Numbered from the stretch's first letter, positions 30,506 through 40,406 are shown. The stretch: DNA of 64,000 bases from a bacterium (GCA_963674695.2 CAXXGI010000001.1:576001-640000), one strand, 5' to 3'. Numbers and translations: made by a program. Notes: a model not told the origin generated them from the letters alone.

Positions 30506-31876
30506 CTATTCCTCTTCGACAAACGGCGTCGGATCCTCTTTCGCGGGCGACTCCACGATGTGATGTGCCCGATCGATCCGATCGGTAACGTATCGATAGA
30601 CAAGCAGGAGCAGAAAAGCCACCACGCCGATCGCTGCATAGAAATACCAAATATAATGCGCATGCGCATAGGCCGTCGCCATCTGGTCGGGCGCCACCGT
30701 ACGCGGGTCGGGACAATAGGCATCGAGCAAGTAGCCCGAGATGGCAAACCCGAAGAGCCAGGCAAAGAAGGTGCTCAGGTGCTGATAGCCCATGTAGAGG
30801 CCCACCTCACCCGGAGGGGCCTGCTTGCTGGCATACTCCAAAAATCGCGGCGAGAGAAAACACTCGGCCACACCTTGCAACGCGATGCCGAAGATCATCA
30901 TGACGGTGATCGGGCTCATCGTGATATTGCCGAAGAGATGGATCGAGGCACCCGTGATATGCTCGAGCACCGGCGAGAGCGCGATCGAGAGCGCAGAGAG
31001 CGGTATGATAAAGAGACCGATGCCGATCGAGGAGATCGGACGGATCTTGCGCACCATGTGCGTGATCGGCACGACGAAGAGCACCACCACAAACGGGTTG
31101 ATGTTGGCCAACCACTCGGGAGAGGCCCCCTCGCCGATGAGCCGCAGCGTATATTTCGGCATCGTCGCATAGAGCTGTCCCTGAATCGCCCAGAATCCAC
31201 CGATAATAATGATGAGCGCCATGAACCGGAAGTTCTTCACCACGCGCCAGAGCCCGGCCAGAAGTTCACGCACATTCTTTCCCGTCCCCTGCGTATCAAC
31301 ATTCTTGAAGAAGACGAGAACGAGTATGAGCGCGGTGAAGGCCATCGCCGCCGCATAGAAGTTGATGTATTCGAGCCCGAGGGAGACGCGCAGGGGTTTG
31401 GCAATCGTCTTTCCCCCAAACGCGCCGATATTGACGACCTGATAGAAGATCGAGAAGGCCCGCGCGCGATGGGCGTCGTCTGAGCACTTGGCCACCGTTC
31501 CCGAGATGACCGGTTTGACGATGGCACCGCCTAACAGGATGAGCCCGAGCGAGGCGATGGCCGTCCACTTGAATTGAAACGCGCCCAAGAGCGCATAGCC
31601 TGCGGTGAGCAGAGCAAAGGCAAGCGTGAGCGCCTGTTTAAATCCGATGCGATCGGCCAACGCCCCCATGAACGTGGGCATAAAGTAGAGGAGCGAGGCG
31701 AAGACAGCGATCACCCAGCCGGTCTCGATATCGGTGAAACCGACACGACGCGTGAGATAGAGCGCCATGACGATGAAGGCGCCATAGTAGGCCGCGCGCT
31801 CGAAGAGTTCGATGGAGTTGGCCACCCAGAAGGTGCGCGGAAATTTCCAGGAAAGCTTTGCCGTGCCGTCGGTCAT
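30506..31876 (-). CDS. MFS transporter, POT/PTR-like peptide transporter
   Basis: IELFERAAYYG (ExxERxxYYG), GALADRIG, FSIFYQVVNIGAF, AECFLSP, G.YMG. Confidence 0.88.
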   Translation of the reverse strand: MTDGTAKLSWKFPRTFWVANSIELFERAAYYGAFIVMALYLTRRVGFTDIETGWVIAVFASLLYFMPTFMGALADRIGFKQALTLAFALLTAGYALLGAFQFKWTAIASLGLILLGGAIVKPVISGTVAKCSDDAHRARAFSIFYQVVNIGAFGGKTIAKPLRVSLGLEYINFYAAAMAFTALILVLVFFKNVDTQGTGKNVRELLAGLWRVVKNFRFMALIIIIGGFWAIQGQLYATMPKYTLRLIGEGASPEWLANINPFVVVLFVVPITHMVRKIRPISSIGIGLFIIPLSALSIALSPVLEHITGASIHLFGNITMSPITVMMIFGIALQGVAECFLSPRFLEYASKQAPPGEVGLYMGYQHLSTFFAWLFGFAISGYLLDAYCPDPRTVAPDQMATAYAHAHYIWYFYAAIGVVAFLLLLVYRYVTDRIDRAHHIVESPAKEDPTPFVEEE

Positions 31877-32012
31877 AAAAAGACTCCTTGTCGCAGTTTC
31901 TCCATCCTTATCGGCCCCCGCACCCATTGACAAGCAAAAGGGGAGGCGGGTGCAAACTCCGATGAATCCCGCCCATGCCGAACCCATGTTGCAGACAATG
32001 TAGGATTGTGAC

Positions 32013-32040
32013 GCAACAAACGCCCACGCCCTGCCGATAA
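32013..32040 (+). promoter_or_regulatory. Sigma28-like promoter
   Basis: GCAACAAA-N12-GCCGATAA (perfect -10 box) upstream of 32072. Confidence 0.55.
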
Positions 32041-32071
32041 TGGAGAGAGGGGAACGACACGGGAACTGAAC

Positions 32072-32635
32072 ATGCGCAGTGGCGGTGGTGATGTGGGCAA
32101 CGACGTGACGCGATTCTTTCGCGATATGTTCAACCTGCCGACGCGTTCATCCGAGGTCCGATTCGTCAACGAGGCCAGCGCTGCAGAGAAGGCCCCGCTC
32201 GATCCGTGTGCATTTCTCAATAAATTTCACGATGTCAGCTCCTTCCAAAAAGCCGTCGAGGAACTCAAAGGAACCATCACGTGGCTCGGCCAACAGCGCG
32301 GAACTCCGGGGGTCAAGCTCGCGACGATCGAGAGGGAACTCGTCCATCAGATGACCAGGCTGATCGAATGCGAGGCGATCCTCAACTCAAAACCGACATT
32401 CCTCTCGCAGGGCGAGACGGTCAAGAAAACGAAACTGATCCGCGGCCTGCTCAACGACTGTCGCCGGGAGGCATCGCGCATCTCCGCACAGATCGTGAAA
32501 CGCGTCACGCGCGAGGAACGCTCGCGCACCTTGAGCTGCGGATCACGGCTGCTGCGGCCGCAGGTCAAGCCCAAGCCGGCCGACTCCCCTGCGGTCAAAC
32601 AGGATGCAACCCCTCCTCATAAACCAGAATCGTAG
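32072..32635 (+). CDS. Hypothetical helical protein
   Basis: 187-aa ORF filling the intergenic space, host-like codon usage, sigma28-like promoter; no recognisable motif. Confidence 0.55.
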   Translation: MRSGGGDVGNDVTRFFRDMFNLPTRSSEVRFVNEASAAEKAPLDPCAFLNKFHDVSSFQKAVEELKGTITWLGQQRGTPGVKLATIERELVHQMTRLIECEAILNSKPTFLSQGETVKKTKLIRGLLNDCRREASRISAQIVKRVTREERSRTLSCGSRLLRPQVKPKPADSPAVKQDATPPHKPES

Positions 32636-32697
32636 AACCCCCTCCCCTTCTCCCCTTGTCTCGCAGGCCCTCTTGCCGCATACTGTCCTCATCACCT

Positions 32698-33909
32698 ATG
32701 GATCCGATCATCATTCATGAACGGCAGCGCCGACGGCGATGGTTTCGCATGCGGGCCTTCACCTGGCTGCTCGTGCTCATCCTCTCGCTGCTGGTGGGGC
32801 TGATGCTGTTGGGATGTCTTGCCTTCTCCGCACCGCCGTATGTCGGAGCACCCTCCGATCACTTCAACGGCGAGCAGTTCTTCAACCCGGGCGACGGAAA
32901 CGATCGCTCCTTCGGAAGATTCCTCCACTGGATGTGGACGCGCGAGCCTGGTGCCTGGCTCGACTGGGTCGATGTGCCGCAGGGGGAGAAACCGCCGAGC
33001 CACGTGGGGGAAGGGAACCTGCGCGCCACGTTCGTCAACCATTCGACCGTGCTCATCCAGATGGATGGGCTCAACATCCTGACGGATCCGGTCTGGGCCG
33101 AGCGCATCGGACCGCTGCCGTGGCTCGCGGGCCCAAAACGCCACCGGCCGCCGGGGATCGCGTTCGACGATCTCCCGCATATCGATGTGGTACTCATCAG
33201 CCACAACCACTACGACCACCTCAATCTGCCCACGCTCAAACGCTTGGCGCTGGCACACCGTCCGGTCTTCATCGTGCCGCTCGGAAATAAGGCGCTGCTC
33301 GAAGCGGGCGGCATCGCCCCCGCCTTCGACCTCGACTGGTGGGATGAGCGCGCGCTCTCCTCGGAGGTCACCGTCACCGCGGTGCCCGCGCGTCACTTCT
33401 CCTCTCGAGGCTTGTGCGATCGCAACCGTACGCTCTGGGCCGGATTCGTCATTCAGGGACCGTCCGGCGTGGTCTACTTCGCCGGCGACACGGCCTGGGG
33501 CGAGCATATCCCGGAGATCCGTGAACGCTTCGGCCCACCACGACTGGCGCTACTCCCCATCGGCGCATTCATGCCAAAATGGTTCATGTCGCGCGCGCAC
33601 CTCTCGCCCGCTCAGACCATGCGCGCCCATCGCGAACTCGAGGCCGGCACGAGCATCGCGACGCACTTTGGCACCTTTCGCCTGGGCGACGACGGCATGT
33701 TCACGCCGGTCGAGGAGAGCTTCCGTGCGATGGACAAACAGGGGATCTCCCCGGTTCATTTTTGGGTGATGGAAAACGGCCAGGGGCGAGAGATCCCGCC
33801 GCTGGCAAAGGACGATCCCGCATCAGAAACCGCTGGTGACGAGCCCCCCGAGGACGGCGCCGTAAAAACTGGAGATATAGGGGTTGCGCGTGATCGGACA
33901 CGCCCCTGA
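32698..33909 (+). CDS. MBL-fold metallo-hydrolase (NAPE-PLD/RomA-like)
   Basis: FVNHSTVLI, LTDPVW, LISHNHYDHL, PARHFSSR, YFAGDT, LLPIGA, THFGTF; N-terminal TM. Confidence 0.9.
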   Translation: MDPIIIHERQRRRRWFRMRAFTWLLVLILSLLVGLMLLGCLAFSAPPYVGAPSDHFNGEQFFNPGDGNDRSFGRFLHWMWTREPGAWLDWVDVPQGEKPPSHVGEGNLRATFVNHSTVLIQMDGLNILTDPVWAERIGPLPWLAGPKRHRPPGIAFDDLPHIDVVLISHNHYDHLNLPTLKRLALAHRPVFIVPLGNKALLEAGGIAPAFDLDWWDERALSSEVTVTAVPARHFSSRGLCDRNRTLWAGFVIQGPSGVVYFAGDTAWGEHIPEIRERFGPPRLALLPIGAFMPKWFMSRAHLSPAQTMRAHRELEAGTSIATHFGTFRLGDDGMFTPVEESFRAMDKQGISPVHFWVMENGQGREIPPLAKDDPASETAGDEPPEDGAVKTGDIGVARDRTRP

Positions 33910-33990
33910 CGCACAGCCGATGATGCGATAGAAGACGACATAGCCGACAACCGCTCCAATGATCACGCCGATGATGGTTTTCCACGGCAT
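33823..33990 (-). CDS. Small membrane protein with CxxGxCP motif (DUF6132-like)
   Basis: MPWKTIIGVIIGAVVGY..FYRIIGCASGACPITRNPYISSFYGAVLG; GGGAGG RBS; follows trxA. Confidence 0.75.
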   Translation of the reverse strand: MPWKTIIGVIIGAVVGYVVFYRIIGCASGACPITRNPYISSFYGAVLGGLVTSGF

Positions 33991-34033
33991 ACAAACCTCC
34001 CCTTCAATACAGGGTGTACGTTCGTTCTGACAA

Positions 34034-34399
34034 TCATCCCGCCACGAATGAACTCTTCCCCTCATTCGGAAGATTCGCGATGCGCTCATCGATCCACTGG
34101 GCCAGCGCCGGTTCGGGCACCATTCCCGACATGCGATCGACCATTTGGCCGCGATGAAAGAGGATCATCGTCGGAATCCCCTGGATACCAAAGCGGTCCG
34201 GCGCGGCGTTATTCTCATCGACATTGAGCTTGGCCACGTTCAAACGCCCCTGATAGCTCTCACCGATCCGCTCGAGGATCGGCGCGATCATCCGGCAGGG
34301 CCCGCACCAGGGCGCCCAGAAGTCCACGAGCGTCGGCGTGGCCGAGCCCACCGTCGATTCAAACGATTGATCTGTAATTTCAGCAACATACTGGCTCAT
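34034..34399 (-). CDS. trxA: Thioredoxin
   Basis: LVDFWAPWCGPCRMIAP, KLNVDEN, GIPTMILF. Confidence 0.95.
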   Translation of the reverse strand: MSQYVAEITDQSFESTVGSATPTLVDFWAPWCGPCRMIAPILERIGESYQGRLNVAKLNVDENNAAPDRFGIQGIPTMILFHRGQMVDRMSGMVPEPALAQWIDERIANLPNEGKSSFVAG

Positions 34400-34498
34400 C
34401 GCATCCTCCTCATCATGTGGTTTCTACCCGTAGAGAGCCCACCGGGGCCCTTTCGTTACGGACAATTCTACCTGATCGATATTCATTTGGAAAAGGGA

Positions 34499-34525
34499 AC
34501 AACTTTCTGCGCGAACTGCCGATAA
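34499..34525 (+). promoter_or_regulatory. Sigma28-like promoter
   Basis: ACAACTTT-N11-GCCGATAA. Confidence 0.7.
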
Positions 34526-34562
34526 AACTGATAGCTGAAATGCGATGACAAACCTTCGCATG

Positions 34563-34656
34563 GTCATCCCCGCGAAAGCGGGGATCTCGATGGATCGCGA
34601 TAGTCGAGATTCCCCCGCCACACAACCGGCGGGCAGGCTGCTTTCGCGGAAATGAC
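34563..34656. repeat. REP-like doublet with nested insert in the second hairpin
   Basis: GTCATCCCCGCGAAAGCGGGGATCTCGA...TCGAGATTCC[CCCGCCACACAACCGGCGGGCAGGCT]GCTTTCGCGGAAATGAC. Confidence 0.8.
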
Positions 34657-34682
34657 CGCATAGAGCTTGAACGACAGTCTGC

Positions 34683-36479
34683 ATGAGGAGATCATTTCCC
34701 CAGATGAATTTCGAAGCCCTGACAGCACGCGCACGCGAGCCGCATTCATCGACGGCCTTCGATCGCCGATCATTCGATCGCACCATTACATCCGTCGCCG
34801 ATGAGAGCGGCATGACCGCGCTGCGGCAGCAGAGCGTCGAAACCGTCGCCGCGGCAAAGGACCTGCTGGGGCTCAACGGATATTGTGCCGAATCCGGAAA
34901 GAATTCCCAGCTGTGCCGACCCATGTTCGGGCAGACGAGCGCCGCCACAATCATTGAAGAAGGCGCGGTCGTGGTCGAAAATATCGCCCTCGCCACCGGC
35001 GTGGCGCTCGTGGCCTGGGGCATGGGCGAGATCCTCGCTGCCGTCGGCGCATGGCTGGCAACGGCATCGACGGTCGAGGCCGGCATCGGCGCCGGAACGG
35101 GAATGATAGCGATCACCGCCGTCGCCTGCGGCGATGCAACCGAACCCTCCGAAGAAGTCATTCCCGATGGCGACATCGACCTGGACTTCCCCCTGCCCGA
35201 CGGCGACCGCGAACACCCCGAGTTTGCCCCCCATACAGACGGCGATGACGATTCCGTCGAGGGAGACGTCGAGATGGATCCCGCACTCTGCGGCAACGGC
35301 GCCATCGATCCGGGCGAGGAGTGCGAATCGAACGAATGGGGGGAATGGATCGGCTGCACCGACTGCCTGCTCGATCCCCAGCTCACCCTGCTCATCTCGC
35401 GCGTCGGCATTCCCGATGCCATCCGACGCGAAGAGGAACGCGCCATCTTTCGCATCGACGATGAGGAATCGCCTGCTATTCTCTGTTCGCTTCCCGAGCG
35501 CGATGCGAGCGGAACCTTTTCTCGCCTCCATCGTTTCGATAGCCGCACGTCGCTGACCACTTCGGTGCTGACCGGATTCTACGGCTCCCCTTGGCGCCAA
35601 GCCGCGGTCGATACCGAGACGAACTGGCTCTTCTACCAGATGCAAGAGTGGCAGGAGACGCGCCCGCGTCTGGTGCATGTTGACGACGGTATCGTCATCC
35701 CGCTGGAAGGGAAAGATGACGTCACGCTCGAAGGAATGGAGCGCGTCTGCGCCTCGCGGGATCTCACGCACCTGGGCGGCATCGCCCTCGTCGACGGCAG
35801 CCCCACCGATCCGGCGCGCACATTCCGGCGCACCTCGCTCAGCGATCTCATGGAGCGCAACGATCCGCCAAACCCCGCAGCGCAGGGCGTTCAGGTATAT
35901 GAAACGCTGCACGGGGAACTCGCCGCGGGCGCACGCGCCACGACCCATTGCATGGACGATAGGGGCAACGCCGCGATCGCCGGCTGGGACAGCGATCGCA
36001 ACGCCATCGGCGCGATCCTGCTCGTCGCGCCCGACAACAGCGTCACGCGCGTCGCACCGGATATCATCGCAAACGCATCAGCTTCGGCACCCGTCATCGC
36101 CCCCGAGGGCACGCTCTGCTTTCTGGCCATGGCAAGCGATGCCACGGAACTGATCTGCACCTCCGCCAACGACCCCGATGCGATCGAACGCAGCCCCGCC
36201 CCGGAGGCCGCGCGGGAGATCATCGGCATCAGCGACGATGGCCGCCAGGTCATCGCGTTCGACGGCGCACGCGCGCTCTCCCTCTTCGACCGCGAGTTAG
36301 GTCGCTGGATCGAACCGGATCTCGGCGGAATCACGCAGGGGGATATCATCGTCGCCGCCGCCGTGGCCGGCCGCTGGCTCTTCGTGCGCTCCGAATACAA
36401 CGACGGCGGTGACATCGCCACCGCCGTCTGGAGAATCTCTCTTGACGAGACGCTTACGGCTGTCCCTGCATCTCGATGA
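34683..36479 (+). CDS. Orphan family A, copy 1: N-terminal extension, hydrophobic segment, myxobacterial-type Cys repeat, probable beta-propeller
   Basis: CGNGAIDPGEECE Cys repeat; paralogous to 44726..46369 (SVET.A..K.LLG..GYC, GQTS.A.I.EE.AV.VEN.ALA, PEFAPHTDGD, G.YG.PWRQ.AV). Confidence 0.75.
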   Translation: MRRSFPQMNFEALTARAREPHSSTAFDRRSFDRTITSVADESGMTALRQQSVETVAAAKDLLGLNGYCAESGKNSQLCRPMFGQTSAATIIEEGAVVVENIALATGVALVAWGMGEILAAVGAWLATASTVEAGIGAGTGMIAITAVACGDATEPSEEVIPDGDIDLDFPLPDGDREHPEFAPHTDGDDDSVEGDVEMDPALCGNGAIDPGEECESNEWGEWIGCTDCLLDPQLTLLISRVGIPDAIRREEERAIFRIDDEESPAILCSLPERDASGTFSRLHRFDSRTSLTTSVLTGFYGSPWRQAAVDTETNWLFYQMQEWQETRPRLVHVDDGIVIPLEGKDDVTLEGMERVCASRDLTHLGGIALVDGSPTDPARTFRRTSLSDLMERNDPPNPAAQGVQVYETLHGELAAGARATTHCMDDRGNAAIAGWDSDRNAIGAILLVAPDNSVTRVAPDIIANASASAPVIAPEGTLCFLAMASDATELICTSANDPDAIERSPAPEAAREIIGISDDGRQVIAFDGARALSLFDRELGRWIEPDLGGITQGDIIVAAAVAGRWLFVRSEYNDGGDIATAVWRISLDETLTAVPASR

Positions 36480-38379
36480 GATCGAGCTGACACCGCGCAT
36501 CATTCCCGGTAAACGCTGCACACACCCGATATCGGAAGAGATTTATTGGATCCCCATTGATATACGGTTGCTGCATGACTTCAGGGGGTGCAAAGGTGTA
36601 TTCGATGCGATTGCCATTGCGGCAATAGCATAAAGCATGTTCTTCGCGCGCATCGTTACAAGAAGCCATATCAAGGCCAAAGTCATCACGTGGACCGAAT
36701 CGATCATAGAAGAGCTCATCGTATCCAGCCGGTTCAATCTCAAACATGGAGAGAACGCTGATCGACGCCGTATCCAGGTGTACCCCACTCATTTCGGGCT
36801 CAAATGGGCTGAAAAACTCCAAACAATTATCAACCCTATTGCCAGCCACGCGCGCGCACTCCGACTCTACTGCCTCGCGAAATGCCTGAAGCCACTGAAG
36901 CGAAGAACTCGCTTCGGTCGACCCATCATCGCGAGTCGAAATACCCGTTACAGGCACGCAAGCTCCTACATCGCGAAAGAGCATCGGCGTTTCCAACATA
37001 GATTCCATCCCATACTCCATGCGAAGGTCACGCGCCAGGCGCTCGTAGAGACAAACCCCGTTGGCATATTCGTCCGATCCAAAGGCCTCCGTTCGTTTCA
37101 CCATCGAACCACACTGATCTCGAAATGCAGGGATGACATCCGGGCAGTGATTCACAGAATCGACCGCGGGATAGAGCGGACAGCCGAGATCAGTGCCGCT
37201 CGTCACACTGCCGTACCGACATCGCGTTCCGTCCGCCGATGCCGTCATCCACTTGTTCTGACAGCCAACACACTTCTTCACATTGCGATCCCATATCTTG
37301 CCCATCTCCTCACAGCGCACACACCGCCGACCCTCTACCTTTCCCTTACACAGACAGCCCTCATCGGTCATGTCCGCATTTGGAATGCACTCACACTGCC
37401 CAGCACGATAGACCGCCGCAAGGTTCGGATGTGCCGGCACGCTCTCGCCCGCCATGGCACATCCGCATCCAGCTACACCCAGATAATTCCCCGTATCGTC
37501 GAAGTTACCCACCAACCGATAGTTCGGATCACTCGAAACACATGCCGTGCAAGTCATGTCCGCAAGCACAATTCCAGGACCGTCGTCGGGACAATTGCAC
37601 TGACCACCATCCATATAGGTTCCGCCTTCATACAAACCGGACTCCACCGCATCTCCCCGAGCCGTTTCGGGCTGCAACTCGCCCAAACAATTCGGACAAT
37701 GCGAGATATCCGCAAGGGCATTCCAGACATGGTGGATCTCACCATCCTTCTGTATGCGGAAAGAACACCCACACCAGCGCGGTTCATTTTCGGTCGTATA
37801 TCCGAGCAGCATGCGAATAAGCGGATTGAGTCGGAAGACCATGGAACCTGCCGGACAGGAACAGGAGAGGCCACGCGATTCCGCCCCGGTATAACAATCG
37901 CAACGCTCCTTCTCCTCGTTCCAACGACCATCCTCACACGCCACCCGCAGGCGAGCTTTCCCCAGATAGTCGATCGTCCCAAACTGGAACCCCGACCGTG
38001 CAGAAACTTTTCCCTCCGCATCACCGCCCGATACAATCAGATCCGTGCGCGCCTTCATCTGTTTGCCCATCGTCGCCATCGCAAGCGATGGAGATGCAAC
38101 CGGCTCAGCGATCGACACTACTTTTCCATCGATGCGCACGCGATCGGTGCCGACGAACTCCAGATCGAGTTTTTTGATCTGCGGCATGAGCTTCTCGGGC
38201 ATCCGCTGTTCCACCTTCACCATCGGCACCGCCTCTTTCTGCGGTGCTGCTTTCACCGCCGGTGCCGGCTTCGGCTTGCGCCCGAAGAGCTTGCCCCAGT
38301 CGAAGGCGTCGCTTCGGCCGGGCAGGCAGATGAGAACGGCGACGATGATGATGACGACCGATGCGTGTAGGCGTTTCAT
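36454..38379 (-). CDS. Orphan family B, copy 1: secreted Cys-rich (EGF/furin-like) protein
   Basis: Signal peptide MKRLH..SDA; many CxC pairs; shares LGCPL...DS...CP, CG.MV, CLYE, WL..(F/Y)REA, CYCR with 46372..47781. Confidence 0.75.
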   Translation of the reverse strand: MKRLHASVVIIIVAVLICLPGRSDAFDWGKLFGRKPKPAPAVKAAPQKEAVPMVKVEQRMPEKLMPQIKKLDLEFVGTDRVRIDGKVVSIAEPVASPSLAMATMGKQMKARTDLIVSGGDAEGKVSARSGFQFGTIDYLGKARLRVACEDGRWNEEKERCDCYTGAESRGLSCSCPAGSMVFRLNPLIRMLLGYTTENEPRWCGCSFRIQKDGEIHHVWNALADISHCPNCLGELQPETARGDAVESGLYEGGTYMDGGQCNCPDDGPGIVLADMTCTACVSSDPNYRLVGNFDDTGNYLGVAGCGCAMAGESVPAHPNLAAVYRAGQCECIPNADMTDEGCLCKGKVEGRRCVRCEEMGKIWDRNVKKCVGCQNKWMTASADGTRCRYGSVTSGTDLGCPLYPAVDSVNHCPDVIPAFRDQCGSMVKRTEAFGSDEYANGVCLYERLARDLRMEYGMESMLETPMLFRDVGACVPVTGISTRDDGSTEASSSLQWLQAFREAVESECARVAGNRVDNCLEFFSPFEPEMSGVHLDTASISVLSMFEIEPAGYDELFYDRFGPRDDFGLDMASCNDAREEHALCYCRNGNRIEYTFAPPEVMQQPYINGDPINLFRYRVCAAFTGNDARCQLDLIEMQGQP

Positions 38380-38418
38380 GGTGTCCTCCCGTGGGATGAT
38401 GCAGCGTCATCTATATGT

Positions 38419-38434
38419 AGCAAATTTCGTTCCA
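38419..38434 (-). promoter_or_regulatory. Sigma54 -24/-12 promoter
   Basis: Minus strand TGGAACGAAATTTGCT, 40 nt upstream of the family B copy 1 ATG. Confidence 0.7.
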
Positions 38435-38599
38435 GGGATCGATAGGGTTCTGACAAAGAGAGGTGTTTTCGTTTTATGAGTGATAACGGAACCTTCCGGC
38501 AATCATGCCAATTCTATCGAGCAAGAAAGCAAGGCGAGGACGTCAATTCCGTAAAATTGGACGAATTGCGACGATTTTTTGACGATAACAGAGGATGAA

Positions 38600-39175
38600 C
38601 TACCGACACCGCGCGCCCTCGCGCAGTTTGGCCCGCCCACGATGGAGGCGCACGCGCAGGGCTTCCGCGGTCAATCCCAGCATCTCGGCTGCTTCCTCAT
38701 GCGTATGCCCTTCGAAGTCGACGAGCGTGACCGCACGGCGCATGCCGTCGGGAAGTGAGGCCAGGGCCCTTTCCAGACAGGTGCGCAGCTGATCGCTCTC
38801 GATCAACTCCTCGGGCAACGAAACGCGACGATCGCCCGTGGGCGAAGGAAGATGCGCATGGCGCTCATGGACATCATGCGCATCGTGTCCGGACTCCTCC
38901 TGTTTGCGTCGCCGTTTCTTGATGCAAAGCGATTGCGCCACCTTATAGAACCAGTTCTTGACGGAAGCCTCATGGCGAAAACCAGGGAGTGCATCGATGG
39001 CCACGGCGAAGGTCTCCTGCAAGACCTCCTCGGCATCCTCGCGATTGCCACAGACGCGATGGCCATAGCGTTCCATCCGATCGAAATAGCGATGCACGAG
39101 CTCGGCCAATGCGTCGCGATCGCCCCCACGATAGGCCGCCACCAGGTCTCCATCATTTTTCTCGATGCCGGTCAT
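38600..39175 (-). CDS. ECF RNA polymerase sigma factor
   Basis: DGDLV..YRGGDRDAL.ELV.RY, DAEEVLQETF, F...ASVKNWFYKVA, LP...R.AV.L.DFEG.T.EE.A.MLG......RLHRGR..L. Confidence 0.92.
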   Translation of the reverse strand: MTGIEKNDGDLVAAYRGGDRDALAELVHRYFDRMERYGHRVCGNREDAEEVLQETFAVAIDALPGFRHEASVKNWFYKVAQSLCIKKRRRKQEESGHDAHDVHERHAHLPSPTGDRRVSLPEELIESDQLRTCLERALASLPDGMRRAVTLVDFEGHTHEEAAEMLGLTAEALRVRLHRGRAKLREGARCR

Positions 39176-39294
39176 ATCACTCCTCATACAAAAGCCGGGC
39201 ATGTGGATCACAACTGAACACTGGGGTCAATGGAATCGCCGCACCATTTATAGAGGTTGACAATGCAGGGAATTGTTAGTAACATATGTTCATA

Positions 39295-39651
39295 ATGGTG
39301 AGACCGACACTCCAACGCCGTGTAGCCGCCCAACCGAGGGTGCGTCACTTCAAACCGCAGGGGATCCCGCTGGCCGATCTGGCGGAGGTCCAATTGGCCG
39401 AAGACGGCCTGGAAGCCCTGCGGCTCGCCGATGTGGAGGGGCTCTACCACGATGAGGCGGCCCGACGCATGAACGTCTCGCGCCCCACCTTCGGACGCAT
39501 CCTGGCCACGGCCCGACGCACGGTCGCCGAGGCGATCACGATGGGGCACGCGATTCGCATCGAGGGGGGCAGCGTCGAACAGGTCGCCCCACCGCGCGGC
39601 GGCGGGCGCGGCCGAGGTCGCGGACGATGCCGACGTGGGTGGCAACGATAA
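39295..39651 (+). CDS. DUF134 domain HTH protein
   Basis: MVRP...RRV, FKPQGIP, EALRLADVEGL..DEAA.RMNVSRPTFGRIL..AR..VAEAI..G.AIRIEGG. Confidence 0.9.
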   Translation: MVRPTLQRRVAAQPRVRHFKPQGIPLADLAEVQLAEDGLEALRLADVEGLYHDEAARRMNVSRPTFGRILATARRTVAEAITMGHAIRIEGGSVEQVAPPRGGGRGRGRGRCRRGWQR

Positions 39652-39678
39652 CGGATGTATACAACGAGGAGGTGGATC

Positions 39679-40032
39679 ATGCCGGGATTCGATAGGACAG
39701 GACCGAGAGGCGAAGGACCCATGACGGGCGGTGGACGAGGGATGTGCAATCCTGCAGGCGGTACGGGTGGATACGGAGGCTACGGTCTCGGCCGCGGCGG
39801 CATGCCCTGGGGTGGCGGGCGCGGACGCGGCTTTGGCGGTGGACGCGGCTGGGGACGCGGTTTCGGCCGAGGATGGTTCGGCGCTGGTGCAGCTGCGCCG
39901 ATCGCAGCACCGACTGCGGATGACGAGCGCCGGTATCTCGCCGATCAACTGAGCCACCTCGAAAATGAGGTACGTGCAATCAAGGATCGCCTCTCCCAGC
40001 TCGACAAGCCGGATGAAAAGGAGCCCACATGA
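39679..40032 (+). CDS. DUF5320 family Gly/Arg-rich protein
   Basis: MPGFDRTGPRGEGPMTGGGRGMC; C-terminal coiled coil. Confidence 0.88.
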   Translation: MPGFDRTGPRGEGPMTGGGRGMCNPAGGTGGYGGYGLGRGGMPWGGGRGRGFGGGRGWGRGFGRGWFGAGAAAPIAAPTADDERRYLADQLSHLENEVRAIKDRLSQLDKPDEKEPT

Positions 40033-40388
40033 AAATTCTTGTTACCGCAACAGCACCCGACGCGGATGCCGAAGTCGATCCGCGTTTCGGACGCGCCAAA
40101 CACTTCGCGATCTATGACACCGAGGAGAAGTCGTTCTCGTTTGTCGACAACGCGCAGAACTTGAACGCCCCGAGCGGCGCGGGCGTACAGGCAGCCGCCA
40201 ACGTCGCACGCGCCGGGGCCGAGGTGGTCATCACGGGCAACTGCGGTCCGAAGGCATTTCACACGCTCACCGCGGCGAAGATCAAGATCGCCATCGGGGC
40301 GACGGGCACGGTGCGCGAAGCGATCAAGAAATTCGAAGGAGATGAACTCGACATCGCCACCGAAGCGAATGTCGAAGGACATTGGTAG
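40029..40388 (+). CDS. NifB/NifX family Mo-Fe cluster-binding protein
   Basis: VDPRFGRAKHF, GAGVQAA, VITGNCGPKAF. Confidence 0.9.
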   Translation: MKILVTATAPDADAEVDPRFGRAKHFAIYDTEEKSFSFVDNAQNLNAPSGAGVQAAANVARAGAEVVITGNCGPKAFHTLTAAKIKIAIGATGTVREAIKKFEGDELDIATEANVEGHW

Positions 40389-40406
40389 GATACCGAGGAG
40401 GTTCAT

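Noticed and set aside
36637-38370. 577-aa plus-strand ORF (and 46210..47586, 458 aa)
   Set aside because: Antisense shadows of the family B genes, which have signal peptides, RBSs, sigma54 boxes and mutual homology; the shadows have none.
38497-38512. TGGCATGATTGC (minus strand) as a second sigma54 promoter
   Set aside because: GG-to-GC spacing is 7 nt rather than the required 10.
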